DNA of 64,000 nucleotides from Scyliorhinus canicula (lineage: Eukaryota), in NCBI RefSeq assembly GCF_902713615.1, contig NC_052147.1:93121044-93185043 (forward strand). Direction: 5' to 3'. Below the pieces are notes generated by a model that saw only the letters and a program-made list of their open reading frames with translations, was not told where the DNA came from and did not search any database. The translations under genes and the position numbers were made by a program. Shown here one piece after another: positions 37,150 to 50,915 of this stretch; the stretch's first letter is position 1, and each line of letters opens with the position of its first letter.

Positions 37150-37346
37150 TGAAAAAAAAATGAAAATGAAAATGAAAATCGCTTATTGTCCCGAGTAGGC
37201 TTCAATGAAGTTACTGTGAAAAGCCCCTAGTCGCCACATTCCAGCGCCTGTTCAGGGAGGCTGGTACGGGAATTGAACCGTGCTGCTGGCCTGCCTTGGT
37301 CTGCTTTAAAAGCCAGTGATTTAGCCCAGTGTGCTAAACCAGCCCC
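37150..37346 (-). mobile_element. Short tRNA-derived SINE without V-core, same tail family as 34587, ending in (ATTTTC)n
   Basis: Head ggggctggtttagcaca...ggttcaattcc; tail aatgtggcgactaggggcttttcacagtaacttcattg. Confidence 0.75.
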
Positions 37347-37846
37347 TGGTTTTAGTGAGAGGTGGATAGTTGTTGAGAGGAAGGAGTATTTCACAGTAGC
37401 CCATCCCTGTCCTGACATGAAGTCCACATGTTGGGTAACACTGAAAATCAAGAAGCTTGGTTCACACTTTCTATCATTAACATAGGTGCACAGAGATTAA
37501 ATGGGGGGTAGCGTGGTTTTGCCCCACCAGACTCATAATTCTATACAGGGCAAGGAACAAAATCAGCTCTCCTGGCTTGCACAGCTGAACTATCTGTTGG
37601 ATAAACTCCATCGGGAGTTTGGCTAGGGGCGTGGTGGGCAGAGGGACTTGGCGGGGGACCTCAATATATCTCTGGAATGAAAGGATAATTCCCACTGACT
37701 TTCCGTCATTACCCAGAAATTAGGTCATAAAAACAGACAGGCATATGCCAAGTCACATTGTAGAAAGGCTTTATCGCTCTACGCAGCTAACTGTTAAGCA
37801 GTGTCACACTACCAACACAATCTCACTGATTTTTCTGTTTCAACAG

Positions 37847-37930
37847 TCTTTTGTACCTCTGCAGTTTGAGACACGGACTGCCAGTGGCCTGGTCAAGGGT
37901 CACGCGTACTCTGTGACCGGTGTGGATGAG
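37847..37930 (+). CDS. CAPN3: Calpain-3 exon (exon 7 equivalent), catalytic His: [28 protein letters not shown]
   Basis: tttcaacag| and GAG|gtaagg; 84 nt; GHAYSVTG motif (His codon 37901-37903). Confidence 0.97.
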
Positions 37931-38024
37931 GTAAGGTTTAAAACCTGGCCATTGATTAATTTGACTTGAAAATTTGTGGAGTAGATTCACGTAAGAGTAA
38001 TAAGGGAAGATGAGCAAGGTGGAT

Positions 38025-38410
38025 GCTGGAGTACAGGAAATGATTGTGGAGGTATACTAGGGTTACAGGGAGTGATTACAGGGAAAATAGTTGTACAGGG
38101 AGTGAATATGGAGAGATATTTGGGTATTGAGAGTGCTTATAGTGGAATACTGGGGGTACAGGGAGTGGAGGCAGTACTGGAGCATAGGAGGTGATTACAT
38201 GTGGAGTACTGGAACAAAAGGAATTGATTACAGGGGAATACTGGGATGCAGGGAGAGAGTGTTGGCAGATAGGGATACAGGAAGCGATTGTGGGTGGCGT
38301 ACTGGGGTGCAGGGTTTGATTAAAGGGAAACCTGGAACACATGTAGTGGTTGTGTGGCTATACAGGAAGAATTGTGGGAGGGATATTGAGGCACACATAA
38401 TGATTGTGTA
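38025..38410. repeat. Degenerate purine-rich minisatellite (~30-bp unit) just downstream of exon 7
   Basis: Recurring tgatt...ggaatactggg..tacagggag units. Confidence 0.6.
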
Positions 38411-39206
38411 TTTCAGGTCTTATGCCTGTTTATCCCTAAAAATGGTTCCGAAAACTTATAGTGAGACCAAAGTCAACATAGATTAGGTAGAAATCTGGGT
38501 GCTGATAAACAGATATGATGTACATTAATCTCTACCCCTGCATGTTTTTATTTTTATGTATGGTGTGCACATATGAATTAAGATCAGGAGTAGGCCACTC
38601 GGCCCCTCAAGCCTGCTCATTTCAACATTGTGACCAGATTGACAGGTTAAACGGGAATTGATCATTTTGGACTTTTCCAGATTTTTGATTTCAAAATGAA
38701 ATTATCCTCAACGGGATCTGCTCTGTGTTTCCTGCTTGGTTGATTAGTTTTCTGTGGCAAAGTCATATTAATAATTGAAAAACATCCATGATTGTAGGTG
38801 CTTAAACATGCTGTGCTTGATGGAGATGGATGATTATTAAATGAGTCAGGACTTAGATTTTAAGACTTGAAAGCAAAATATTTGGTTTGCATTTGAGGTT
38901 TCATAGGACCCTGATTGTTTACACTGATTCCTATTCATTTTAAGTTGATGTATTCTAATGAAATTGGGAGGATACTTGTTAATAACTTTATATTCACAAA
39001 ATGCACCCATTTTGGGTCAAAATTCTGGGTGCAAAATGCTCCTTTTATTACATTAATGGTGCTGCATAAGAATAAGTTGTTGTCATTATGCCCACAAAGG
39101 AAACTCCTGGTGGTTATGGTTTGTTATGTACAGTTCAGTTTTGTATGTTTGCATTTATTAATCTCTGAATATCATCCATAAATAACAATGATCATTTTGC
39201 CAACAG

Positions 39207-39292
39207 GTCACCTATAAAAGTCAGAAGGTGAAATTACTGCGTTTGAGGAACCCATGGGGAGCAGTGGAGTGGAATGGGTCCTGGAGTGACAA
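39207..39292 (+). CDS. CAPN3: Calpain-3 exon (exon 8 equivalent), catalytic Asn: [28 protein letters not shown](K)
   Basis: ttgccaacag| and AA|gtatgg; 86 nt; RNPWG motif (Asn codon 39249-39251). Confidence 0.97.
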
Positions 39293-41667
39293 GTATGGTT
39301 TTATTTTCTGAACATTTCAAATATGTACATTGTGGACCTTTGCTTTGTGCTGCCTTTATCCTCATCATGATCCAGATATACATTTGTCCCTCCAGAGCCC
39401 GGGCACAACCTGTTTGATTTTTGGTGGGTGTACCTTAAGTCACCTTGGACATAATTTCTATATCTCCCACCTTAAATCTCACATACCCGACTTGATAAAA
39501 ACTGTTCTGAACTGCTGGATTTTCATTCTGGGAGGGCTAAGTGAAATCAGGCCCCCTGCTCCTCGAGGCAGTCACAGGGGCTACCGGCTGCTGGGTGCCG
39601 ATGTGGGTTGCAATAAGGCCAACCTCAGTGCTGTGGGACGTTGCCCTAGTTGTGATAAGAAGAGTCAAACAAAAAGAGTCACATCCCCTCACCTTCACAC
39701 ATACTTCATGCCCCATCCATCCCCCCTCATGCCCCACCCATCTTCCATACCCCTCTTATCCTCCATAGCAACCTGAACGCTTCTACCCTCCTCTCATAGC
39801 CCTTTATAACAACTATGCCGGCTTAGTGCCAACTCATGCTAACACATGCCGACCACTCATCACCCTCTGCCCATATACCCATCCTGTTAACTCAGCCAGT
39901 ATCCACAAGAACCATGCTAATATGAAATTAAATACAATTATAAAAATCTATCACAAGCTTCACTAATTTAAAAAAATTATCGAATCAATAAAAGTCCATT
40001 CAACACATTTTTAAATCCCTTCAAATACTTAATCCCTTGTAAAACCAAACATTTATACACATAGCCCCACATCAGAAACAGCTATTCTCTTTATACCACT
40101 TAGAGCTGTCAAACAAACTGAATTCATAGGTGCCCACTGTGATAATGGAAGGTTGTGGAAGCAATCAAATAGCACTAATCTATACTGTTAACCCTCAGGA
40201 TTATGTCAACAAACCGCTAATGATTTAAATGACTTGATAGTTCCACAGTTCATAAAAAATCAGGACTTGCCATCTGTGTCATTCTCTATCTGTGGCACTG
40301 TTCTGTAGTTTGCTCTTAATCAAGGCAACAATGTCATTCCTGAGTGCTTTTCAGTCCGTTGATGTTAATCATAGCTGAAGTAAAGAATGGAGGTTTTCCT
40401 TGTGTAAATGCGCCATACAGGTTTTATCCTATTGATATAAACCAGGAAAGTCCCAGATTTGATCCCGGGCCTGGTACTGAGTCTACTGATGTCAGCAACT
40501 ATAGCAATAGAAGTCTCCACCTGATGTCAGCCTGAGTTCCTGCTTTGGATCATGATCCAGTGACCCCTGTGGAAGTAGGAGAGTTGAACCAATAAGATTT
40601 AGAGCGCAGAAGGAAGCCGTCCAGTAAGTGGAGAAAATTCCTCAGGGAAATTCAGGCATGCTCTTCCACTGGCTCTGTAATATTATAGTACAGTAAGCAA
40701 GCTAAACTAAGAAAGTTTCAGACATAAATTTAGCTAATTTCAACTGGATTCTGCTGGTATCTCAGCATTCTAGGCTATGGAGAAATGCAAGTAATTGTCT
40801 GAGCTTCCACCTCCGATCTGATATCAGTTGATCCATTATTTCTGCATCTATCACCAGCAATTAGTTTTGCTTTGACAAATTCTGGTAAATACGAAGAACA
40901 CATGCAGGAAATGCAGTGTACAGCTGTGGATGAATATAGCCCTATTTTGAAACACTACAAAGAGGTGAATGAAATATGTACTTTATCAGGTGGGGAAATA
41001 CAGGACTTTGGAAGGTGGTAATGTTGGAAAGTAGTAATGTAGATATAAATCTGGGATCCATGCTTCTGTGCAGTACATCCCACTCAGCATTCTCACTTTA
41101 CAGTCCCTTCAGTTTGGTGTGTGCACAGAAGATCTAAAATGGAACTGATTCAACAGTACAACAAGCTTGAGTAACATCTAAACAAGTTTTGATTAAATAT
41201 TTCATGAAGGTTTAAAATTAATAGTGAACAGCTTTATAAAAAACCTGAACTGACTGAGCGTATCTGTTAATAATAACTAAACATATCTGTGAGTAGTAGA
41301 GTGCGTGACGGTAACTGTGATTAACATTTAAGATGGATATCACAGTACAAGTTTTTGATTTCAGAATAGGTAAAGGACACTTTTTGAAAAAGGTAATTCT
41401 GTCGAATAGTATTGGCAATTAAGTGTTACAAATGTTGATTATAGGTAGTAATGTGTCACAATTAGCCATTTTATTCTTTGACTAGGGAAAGGAAAAGCCA
41501 GGTTTGGTTATCAGGTGCCCAGTGTCCATGCTGGAAAACGCATCTTTATCCCTGTTTGGGTAAGATCATGATCAGGCTCATATGTGATGCTCCTGTTGGT
41601 TTTTAAACAGTCACTGTTAGCACATGAGTGGTGCACTGTTGAGTTGCGGTACAACATGGAATATTAC

Positions 41668-42289
41668 CAAGCAGCTTCTCCAACGTCTTCCCCACATACG
41701 CAGCAGCGTCCGATTCTTCAATTCCATGATCCAAATGTTCTGCCTCCGAGAACGATTTTCCAGGTCCTCTATTTTCTCCAGCAGCCTCTTCTGCTGGTCA
41801 GGCAGCATCCCAATCTCTGCCATCGAGGTGGACTGTTCCTCCTGCTCCCCCGCCAGCTCCTCCAACCTCTGGATCGCCTGTCCCTGGGCCGCCAGTCTCA
41901 TCTCCACGTGGTCAAGCACCGCCTTGAGCGAGTCCCCCGCCTGGGCCAGGTCCTCCACGCTCACCTTCCGTTGTTGGGTGAAGTTCTCATTCAAGAGGCT
42001 CACCAACTGGTCCATCGACCACTGAGCTGACAGGGTCCGACCCTGTTCATCCGCCATCTCCACACACATTGTCCGCTCCTCACTTGCCACCACCGCCTGG
42101 GCTTGTTTTCTTCTGATTACTTCTGGGTCGCAGTTCCATAAACTAGGGTTCCCTTTCTTCTGTTCTTGTTTCTACACCTTTCCTCTACAAAATTCCTGCA
42201 ACAATTCGGCATGAAGGCCACAAAAAATCCACTATGAGCGGAAGCTGCCAAACGTGTGACCGCTCACTCCATGGTCGCCACCGGATGTC
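41668..42289 (-). mobile_element. L1/Tx1 5' end (5'UTR plus ORF1 N-terminal coiled-coil), lacking the 3' end
   Basis: Begins gacatccggtggcg on the minus strand; ORF1 peptide KIEDLENRSRRQNI; 15-bp TSD aacatggaa(t/c)attac (41653-41667 / 42290-42304). Confidence 0.85.
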
Positions 42290-42386
42290 AACATGGAACA
42301 TTACAATGGCAACGTCTGCTCCATTTCCACACAGGGAGGTTTACGGGACTTTTCCAGTTTAATGAAGGAATTTCCTTTCCATCCAG

Positions 42387-42464
42387 GGCCCGAGAATGGT
42401 CTGAGATTGAGAAAATACAAAAGCAGCGGCTACAACATCAAACGAAGGAAGATGGAGAGTTCTG
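42387..42464 (+). CDS. CAPN3: Calpain-3 exon (exon 9 equivalent): AREWSEIEKIQKQRLQHQTKEDGEFW
   Basis: tttccatccag| and TG|gtgagg; 78 nt, phase 2-2; RLQHQ..EDGEFW. Confidence 0.96.
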
Positions 42465-42664
42465 GTGAGGATCAGATCCTACTGCCTTATTTTCTAAACA
42501 CTCTGACTGTGAAATGGAAAGCTCATTTATGGGGGTAAACAGGGGGTGGAATTTAATTAGAAGAGCTCAGATCCTGTCAATGGGATAGAAGTGGATGCCA
42601 CTTCAGCTTACATGTCAGGAGTCACCATGCACACAATCAGAATGCAAGTTGTAAGTTCATGCAG

Positions 42665-42899
42665 GGGCGGCATGTGGCACAGTGGTTAGCACTGGAACTA
42701 CGATGCTGAGGACCCGGGTTCGAATCCTGGCCCCAGGTCACTGTCCATGTGGAGTTTGCTCATTTTCTCCGTTTCTGCGTGTGTTTCACCCCCACAACCC
42801 AAAGATGTGCAGAGAAGGTGGATTGACCACACTAAATTGCCCCTTAATTGGAAAAAAAATAATTGGGTACTCTAAATTTATTTAAAAAACAACAAAAAA
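42665..42899 (+). mobile_element. A-tailed V-SINE
   Basis: 14-bp TSD gtaagt(t/g)catgcag. Confidence 0.88.
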
Positions 42900-45274
42900 G
42901 TAAGTGCATGCAGCAGGCCCGTGTCCCATACGCAATCATACGGTGGGGAATCGCTCCCAGCAGCCTGCCTCCTCATCAGCTATTGATGTTACAGCAAGAC
43001 ATAGCAGTTGCGAAAGAAAAATTAAGGAGTGTTGAGGGTGCAGCAATTGCATGATTGTTGAGACACTGTATTGGATGCATACTTACAAAGTTATTTTGTT
43101 CACTTGGCTAAAACGTGCATTATATGCATTTATTGGGATGTCTTTCTTCAGAATGCATATTGCATTGTCATGCTTCATTCTGGCAGTCGTTGCTGAATGT
43201 TCTTCCCAGGGAGCTCGAATGGCCACGTGTGTGTGTGTAGTCAATTACACCCTTTACCTGTGGGAACCATATAATGGCCTTGAAGACAATTGCTCTTGCA
43301 GCTTGACTATCAGCATCTGCCGTGCACCGCATGGGTTCATTGGCATTTCTGAATTGGTCAAGTCCTGTATGCACCTAGGTGTTTCGTGTGGGTATTGCTG
43401 CTCATATCCCATATGGAGCTCTTAAATGACCCTGTGGCATAGAACTTTAGGGCCGCAGCTACCTTAAAGGTGATTGATATCGGGTTCCCTCCAAAGCCTC
43501 ATGGCTGCAGGTCTTGTTATAGTCGTACACACAGGTTAGTAACCACGTTCCGTGAATGCTTTCGCGATCTTTAACATTGCCTCTTAGACATTTGTAGGTG
43601 TTTGGTATACATTCTGAGCTTGCGCTGAGGCACCACTGCTCTTTGGCGATGAGAACGATCCTGATTTGGTTCCTCCTGACCTGCTTCCCCTCAACTGGTG
43701 TCAGCTAATGGCCTTATGGCCTATGTTACTACGTGACCAAGTCCCTCCTCTGGTGAATCTTCTCCTCCACCGTCTAAGGTTTTAAAAAGATTGAGACCCA
43801 CTGCAAATCCACAAAATAGAACTGTGTGATGAAGGCAGGCAAAGCAATGAACACCTCTGTTGACATAGCTTTAATTCTTAGAGTAGCTGCAGTTGACCAA
43901 TCAGACTGGATGACCTTCCCATGAACTCATTGTATCCCACAGTGGATTCCCCCACCACAACCCAATCTCCTGTGAGGTAAAATTTTCCCAGCAGAACCTG
44001 ATCTCCAGTAAACTACAAAATTCTTAGCAGCCATGTCAATGGACACTATGGACACTGTGGCCCTGCAGTTTGCCTCCATCCAACTGCACCATCCCTTTAT
44101 CACCATTGACCTTACTTCCATCTTTCTTGACCCTTCAAACATCATTCTGCTCATTCTCCCAATCGTCCTAGGGCATCCAACCATCACATTTGACTCAGAA
44201 CCATTGATCCTCAACCTACCAGCTCTCACCCTTGACGCTTCCACCATAACCCTTGACCTTCCTGGCATCACCCTGGAGCCTCTGTCCATCATCTTTTATT
44301 TGCCTTCTCTTTCATCGACCCTCCCTCAGAGAACATCGACCTGTTTCCCTGACAGCTGGCTCTGCTCTTCTTCAAACTCAACAGCCCACCCCAGACTTTT
44401 GACCAGTCATATGTGCTGCTGCTTTCGGGTTTGGTCACAAAGGATGAGACCACTGCAACAACGGACCCTCCCCATAAACTGGAGCCTGGCGCCTCCAATC
44501 CTGGTCTGAAATGTGCCCATGCCTCGCTGTGCTATTGCTTGAGGACTGGGACATCAGTGCCACCCTCTTTCCAGCCCAACCGTTGAGCCATTTGAGGACC
44601 CAAGCACCACACGCTCTACCCGCCCATCCCCACCCTCATCTCCAAGACCAGACCACTCATCTTCCTCTGTGCTGCTGGGTCAGACAAAGATAAAACCTCA
44701 CCAAAGTTTGAATAACCTTGCCTGGCACGCACCACCTTTATGCTGTTGGGAAACTGGAGGCACAAATTTCCCATGCACCACTGACTTAATTCTGAAGGAA
44801 ATATTTAATTTGGCGTGCTTCCCTTTGAGTTCATGGTATGCAAATTAATGGTTGATCGGCTCTCTCCACTGGCTGGCATGTTGGCCCTTCCACCATTGAC
44901 ATACCACCCACTTTATCTCACAGACTCAACCTGATGTTGCGAAACCAAGATTTTTGGTCTTGCCTAATTAAAAACCTCTGCCCACTGCGTTTCCTGTTCT
45001 TCCAGGCACCATTAATGACACCAGGGCTTTCAGCAATGTTACGGCAGCAAAGTGGGGTTAACTCTGAGAAAATTATTGGCGTCTGACTCTTGACAGGTTA
45101 CCTAGAAATCTGCATTTAAAGATTATGTCGATTATGTTGATTCTCATTGTGTTGACTTATTGCACTGACACCTGGATTCTCAGCTGAATTCCCCTCCAGT
45201 GTTGGTGTCCTAGTGAACCACAACTTTGACCCACCCCTTGGACACCACTGTGACCCACTGGGTTAAAGTTGTTC

Positions 45275-47085
45275 ACTCATAAAGAGCAAAAGAGTAACGA
45301 GGGAGAGAGTAGGGCTTCTTAAGGATTTACAAGGTCATCTATCTGCGGATCCACAAGAGATGAGTGAGATCCTAAATGAATATTTCTCATTGGTATTTTC
45401 TGTTGAGAAACGCATGGATGTTAGGGAACTTGGGGAAATAAATAGTGGTGTCTTGAGAAGTGTACATATTACACAGAAGGAGGTACTGGAAGTCTTAAAG
45501 CTCATCAACGTAGATAAATCCCCGGGACCTGATGAAATGTATCTCAGATGTTGATGGAAGCTAGGAAGGAAATTATGGGTCCACCAGCAGAGATATTTGA
45601 ATCGTCGACAGCCACAGGTGAGATGCCTGAAGATTGGAGGGCAGCAAATGTTTTGCCTTTTGTTTAAGAAGGGTAGCGGGGGAAGCCTGGGAACTACAGA
45701 CCAGTGAGCCTAATGTCTGTGGTGGGTAAGTTGTTCGAAGAAATTCTGAGGGACAGGATATACAGGCATTTAGAGATGCAAGGACAGATTAGGGACAGTC
45801 AGCATGGCTTTGTGAGTGGAAGATCATTCTCACGAATTTAATTACCTTTTTTGAAGGGGTAACCAAGAAGGTAGATGAGGGCAGTGCAGTTGATGTTGTC
45901 TCTATGGACTTTAGTAAGGCCTTTGACAAGGTACCGCAGGGTAGATTTTTGCATATGGTTAAATCTCACAGTATCCAGGGTGAGGTAGCCAATTGGATAC
46001 AAAATTGGCTTGGCGACAGCAGACAAAGGGTGGTTGTAGAGGGTTGTTTTTCAAACTAGAGGCCTGTAACCAGCGGTATGCCTCGGGGATCAGTGCTGGG
46101 TCCACTGTTATTTGTTATTTATATTAATGATTTGGATGAGAATTTAGGAGGCATGGTCAGTCAGTTTTCAGATGATACCAAGATTGGTGACATAGTGGAC
46201 AGTGAAGAAGATTATCTAGGATTGCAACAGGATCTTGATCAACTGGGCCAGAGGGATGATGATTGGCAGATGGAGTTTAATTTAGATAAATGTGAGGTAA
46301 TGCATTTTGGTAGGTCGAATCAGGGCATGACCTACTCAGCTGATGGTAGGGTGTTGGGGAGAGTTATAGAACAAAGAGATCTAGGATTACAGGTTCATAG
46401 CTCCTTGAAAGTGGAGTCACAGGTGGACAGGGTGGTGAAGAAGGCATTCGGCATGCTTAGTTTCATTGGTCAGAATATTGAATACAGGAGTTGTGACGTC
46501 TTGCTGAAGTTGTGCAAGACATTAGTAAGGCCACACTTGGAATACTGTATACAGTTCTGGTCACCCTATTAGATAAAGGATATTATTAAACTGGAAAGAG
46601 TGTTGAAAAGATTTACTAGGATGCTACTGGGACTTGATGGTTTGAATTATAAGGAAAGGCTGGATAGACTGGGACGTTTTTCTCTAGAGCATAGGAGGCT
46701 TAGGAGTGATCTTATAGAGATCTATAAAATGATGAGGGGCATAGATAAGGTAGATAGTCAACATCTTTTCCCAAAGGTAGTGGAGTCTAAAACTAGAGGG
46801 CATAGGTTTAAGATGAGGGTGGAGAGATACAAAAGGGTCCAGAGGGGCAATTTTTTCACACAGAGGATGGTGAGTGTCTGCAATGAGCTGCCAGAGGCAA
46901 TAGTAGAGGCGGGTACAATTTTGTCTTTTAAAAAACATTTAGACAGTTACATGGGAAAGCTGGGTATAGAGCTATGTGGGCTAAATGCGGGCAATTGGGC
47001 TAGCTTAGTGGTAAAAACTGGGCGGCATGGACAAGTTGGGCCGAAGGTGCTGTTTTCATGCTGTAAATTTCTATGACTCTATGAT
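45275..47085 (+). mobile_element. CR1 LINE, RT domain to 3' end, with scattered stops
   Basis: KSPGPDE, NYRPVSL, DFSKAFDKV, GSVLGPLLFVIYIND, FSDDTK, PHLEYC; tail ttctatgactctatga. Confidence 0.93.
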
Positions 47086-47720
47086 TCATGCATGGTAAAT
47101 TGCTGGCAGCACACCTACTGGCAAGGTGAAAAATTTTATTGCCAAGCAATAAAGTGCTGCCAATGCTAGAGGGGGCATTTAAGACAGCAGAAAGCCCATT
47201 AAAGTCAGGGAATCAGCAGCCTTCCTTGCCTCGGTAGATTGATGGAAGTTCACATTGTGGCAGAAGGTCACTCCAGGATTCTTTCCCTTGACTGCGGGAT
47301 CTCACAGCTGTTACTCCTGCTTCCTGGAACCTCCCACCACAGTCTTGTTGATAGCACTGAGAAACAGAAACAACATTGATCATTATCAGGACAGACTGGT
47401 GGGGATTTGCATCCAGGAGACTCCTATCATTTGCATTTCACAGGTGAAAAGAGGTGGTTAGCAGTGGCCCAGTAGCGAAGGACTAGGGCTAGTGGATGAG
47501 GCAACAGTGGACCTCACTGTCTTACTTATTTCTCTAATTCCTATTGCTATATCACCTAATTTTGAGTAGAAGAGTGGAGGAAAATCCAGCCCCTAGTGTT
47601 AAATTTCATGACCTGAACCATTCCCCAGTACTGATCAATGCAAAATATTAAGCTTCAGTCAAACTGTTATCGTTAAATGCTTTGAAAAATCAGGAATCAT
47701 GAGATATAAATGATTCCCAA

Positions 47721-48294
47721 GGAAGACATTCTCTGTTTTTGGGACTCTGTCCCCACGCTGTTGTGAAAACTGTGGGCATTTACCGCAGAAAAACTGATGC
47801 CAATAGGCAACAGATTCACTGTCTTGCAGGGGGCTAGCAGGGAGCTGTTGTGGAGCTCGCAGCTCCAGCTGCCGATACGGGCCCCAGCATCTCCGGGTCA
47901 GAGGTCGTGCATGCGCATGGCAGCGGCCTCCAGCGGCCACGCAGTGCTCCATGGCGGATTCAGATCATGGACCTGGATCGTGGAAATAGTGCCTCCGATA
48001 TTGGCTGTTCGCCCACACAAAAAAATCCCATTCCCCGATGAGGAATCGGCCCGGGTATCACAGATGGTGGGACCACATTAGAAATACGCCGTCGGGACTT
48101 TGGCTGGTCGGGGGTGGAGAATAGCAGGGTGAGCCTCAAGCAATGGCCTCAGGTGGTGGATACTCGGCGTGGCAGATTCCCTGAGCTTTTCGGTATCGCG
48201 GTACCAGCGCCGGGCCCAATTTCATGTGTGAAACTGGATTCTCCGCCCTATCACCGAACGCGATTTTGGCGTCGGGGGGCGGAGAATCCAGCCC
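47721..48294. mobile_element. Harbinger-type MITE ending 62 nt upstream of exon 10
   Basis: Right TIR ggagaatccagccc; decayed left TIR ggaagacattctct. Confidence 0.75.
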
Positions 48295-48356
48295 ATGATG
48301 TTTGAACTTTGGATCATAGACCATATGTGATCCTTATTTCATATTGTTATATGTAG

Positions 48357-48517
48357 GATGTCTTTTGATGATTTCAAGAGAAATTTCACAAAGCTGGAGA
48401 TTTGTAATCTGACACCAGATGCACTGGGTGATGATAAGCTCCACAAGTGGACTGTGTCTATCAATGAAGGACGCTGGGTAAAAGGCTGTTCAGCTGGGGG
48501 CTGCCGCAACTATCCAG
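48357..48517 (+). CDS. CAPN3: Calpain-3 exon (exon 10 equivalent): [53 protein letters not shown]
   Basis: atatgtag| and CAG|gtaggt; 161 nt; end of protease core and start of the CBSW (domain III) region. Confidence 0.97.
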
Positions 48518-49232
48518 GTAGGTCCTAATCTTTTCTGTTACTAACAGTTGCTTTTTTCCTTCCATCTTTCTCTATCACTTCTCTGTTCCTTTTATTCTCA
48601 CTTCCTCTTTCTTTCTCTTTCTGCTTTCTCTCTTTTTTCATTTGTTCTTGGGACAAGGTGCGATATTGTCAAGACTGCATGTACTGCCCATCCATGGTTG
48701 CGATGAGAAGCTCCAGCCGCAATCATGTTTAGTAGGGATTCTTCATTTTACTGAACTTCATGGCAATTGTATACAACTGAATGTTTCCTCTTCTACCTCA
48801 GAGGCCATTTAGAAGCAGCACTTGTAGGCCCCATTTGAATGGTTGTGGTATTCTCCACTCGTGCAAAATTTTAATTTTTTTATGAAATCTTAAGTTTTCA
48901 TGGTTATTTTTCTGGTGCCAGCCCACAAATTACCAGGTTTATTGCTTCTCAATTTGTCTTCTTTCTTCTTCGCTCTTTGGATTTGTGTTTGTTTTCCTTC
49001 CCTTTTTCATTCCGTTTCTTTGGCTCTGTCTTACTCTCGCCCTTCTCTATTTGTGCTTATATAGAAAATAGAATAGTATAGCACAGAACAGGCCCTTCGG
49101 CTTTACCTTTTCTTTCTCTTGGCCTGTTCTTGCCTCCTATCCCTTTGTTTTCTTTCTTTCTCTTTACTTTAGACTCTGTAAGTAGAGATTAGTCAAAGAC
49201 CAATTTCTTTCCCCCTTATTCTTTCATTTAAG

Positions 49233-49402
49233 ACACGTTCTGGACAAACCCTCAGTACCGATTGAAGCTCTGTGAGGAGGATGATGATCCTGATGTTTCT
49301 GAGGTGCTCTGCACATTTGTCGTCGCTCTGATGCAAAAGAATCGTCGGAAGGAGCGCAGGGTGGGCATCACATTCCATACCATTGGATTCGCTATTTATG
49401 AG
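49233..49402 (+). CDS. CAPN3: Calpain-3 exon (exon 11 equivalent): (D)[56 protein letters not shown]
   Basis: ttcatttaag| and GAG|gtaaat; 170 nt; acidic loop and ALMQKNRRK as in CAPN3. Confidence 0.97.
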
Positions 49403-49767
49403 GTAAATTATGAAGATTAAATTTTGGAAACTTGCACAATATTTGAAGATTCATCAACAAAGCATGATTAGCGTTATGCCAGCATACCAACCTGGTCATA
49501 ATTTGGCATTAGTTTAGGCAGAAAGAGCAAGGCAATGCCTAATTTTATTTTGAAAAAATGCTCACATGAGTACAGTAGGGAATAACTTTGATTGATATCG
49601 CCCCTTTCACGGCCGTAAGAAGCACAAAAGTCCTTCAGAGACACTAAAATACTTTTGAGGTGCAATCCTGTATTAATATTAAAAGTAGCATTTTGCCAGA
49701 CAGCAAAGTCCCACAAACAGCAACAAAATAAAGGTGAAAGAGTATATGGGTAGGGAAGTGGTGACAT

Positions 49768-50055
49768 GACGGCACAGTGGTTACCACTGCTGCCTCACAG
49801 CGCTAGGGACCTGGGCTTGATACCGACCTCGGTCTGTGTGGAGTTTGCACATTCTTCCTGTAGCTGTGTGGGTTTTCTGCAGGTGCCCCAGTTTTTTCCC
49901 ACAGTCCAAAGATGTTCAGGTTAGCTGGATTGCTTATGCTAAATTGTCCCTAGATGGGGTTACGGGGATAGGGTGGGGGATTGGGCCTAGGAAGGGTGCT
50001 CTTTCAGAGGGTCGGTGCTTACTCGATGAGCCAAATAGCCTGTAGGGATTACTAC
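49768..50055 (+). mobile_element. HE1-like V-SINE
   Basis: tRNA head, V-core, CR1-type tail. Confidence 0.82.
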
Positions 50056-50064
50056 AACTACTGC

Positions 50065-50915
50065 ACACTGGTGAGATCACACTAGAGTACTGTTTATAGT
50101 TTCGGTCTCCTTAAGAGAGAAATATTCGCAGTGGAAGCTGATGAGACCATCAATTCACAAGACACGTGATTGGAAGTGAACAGTTGTTTTAATAGTCTTA
50201 CAACTGAGCCTGCCTGCGACGAGATGAACTGGCAGCAGGCTCACAACTGCAGATATTTATACTTCCGGTTAGTGGGAGGAGCCAAGGGCGGAGCCAAGGG
50301 TGGAGCCCAGTACAAACTCCTCATCTCCCCCTATCGGCAGAGCCGCGCAACTGCTCGTATACCGAGCTTACAAAGACACAACACATATAATATAACACAG
50401 TGTGAATTACTAGGATTATGATTCATCACATAAGCAGTTTAGAAAAGGTTCATTAAGTTGATTCTTGGGATGAGAGGGTTATATGAAGAAAAGTTGAGCA
50501 GTTTGGGCCTGTACTCATGGAGTTTAGAAGAATGAGAGGTGATCTTATTGAAACATATAAGATTCTGAGGGGGCTTGGCAGGGGAGATGCTGAGAGGATG
50601 CTGCCCTCATGGGGGAATCTAGAAATAGGAGGCAAAGTTTCAAAATAAAGGGTCTCCCGTTTAAGATGGAGTTGAGGAATTTCTTCTCTCAGAGGGTGGT
50701 TAGTCTTGGAATTCAGATCTACAGAGAGCACTGGAGGCTGGGTCAATGAATATATTCAAGACAGAGCTCGATAGATGTTTGAATGACAAGTGAGTCAATG
50801 GTGATGGAGGGTAGGTAGGAAACTAGATGATCGGATCAGCCATGATCTTGTTGAATGGCAGAGCAGTCTTGATGGGTCGAATGACAAATTCCTGCTCCTA
50901 CTATTTCTTCTGATC
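50065..50915 (+). mobile_element. CR1 LINE 3' fragment, interrupted by a solo LTR
   Basis: LVRSHLEYC, YEEKL, RRMRGDLIETYKI; CR1 tail. Confidence 0.85.
50139..50430 (-). mobile_element. Solo LTR (family of 34113)
   Basis: TG...CA, TSD gaagc/taagc, minus-strand TATAAATA and ATTAAA. Confidence 0.85.
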
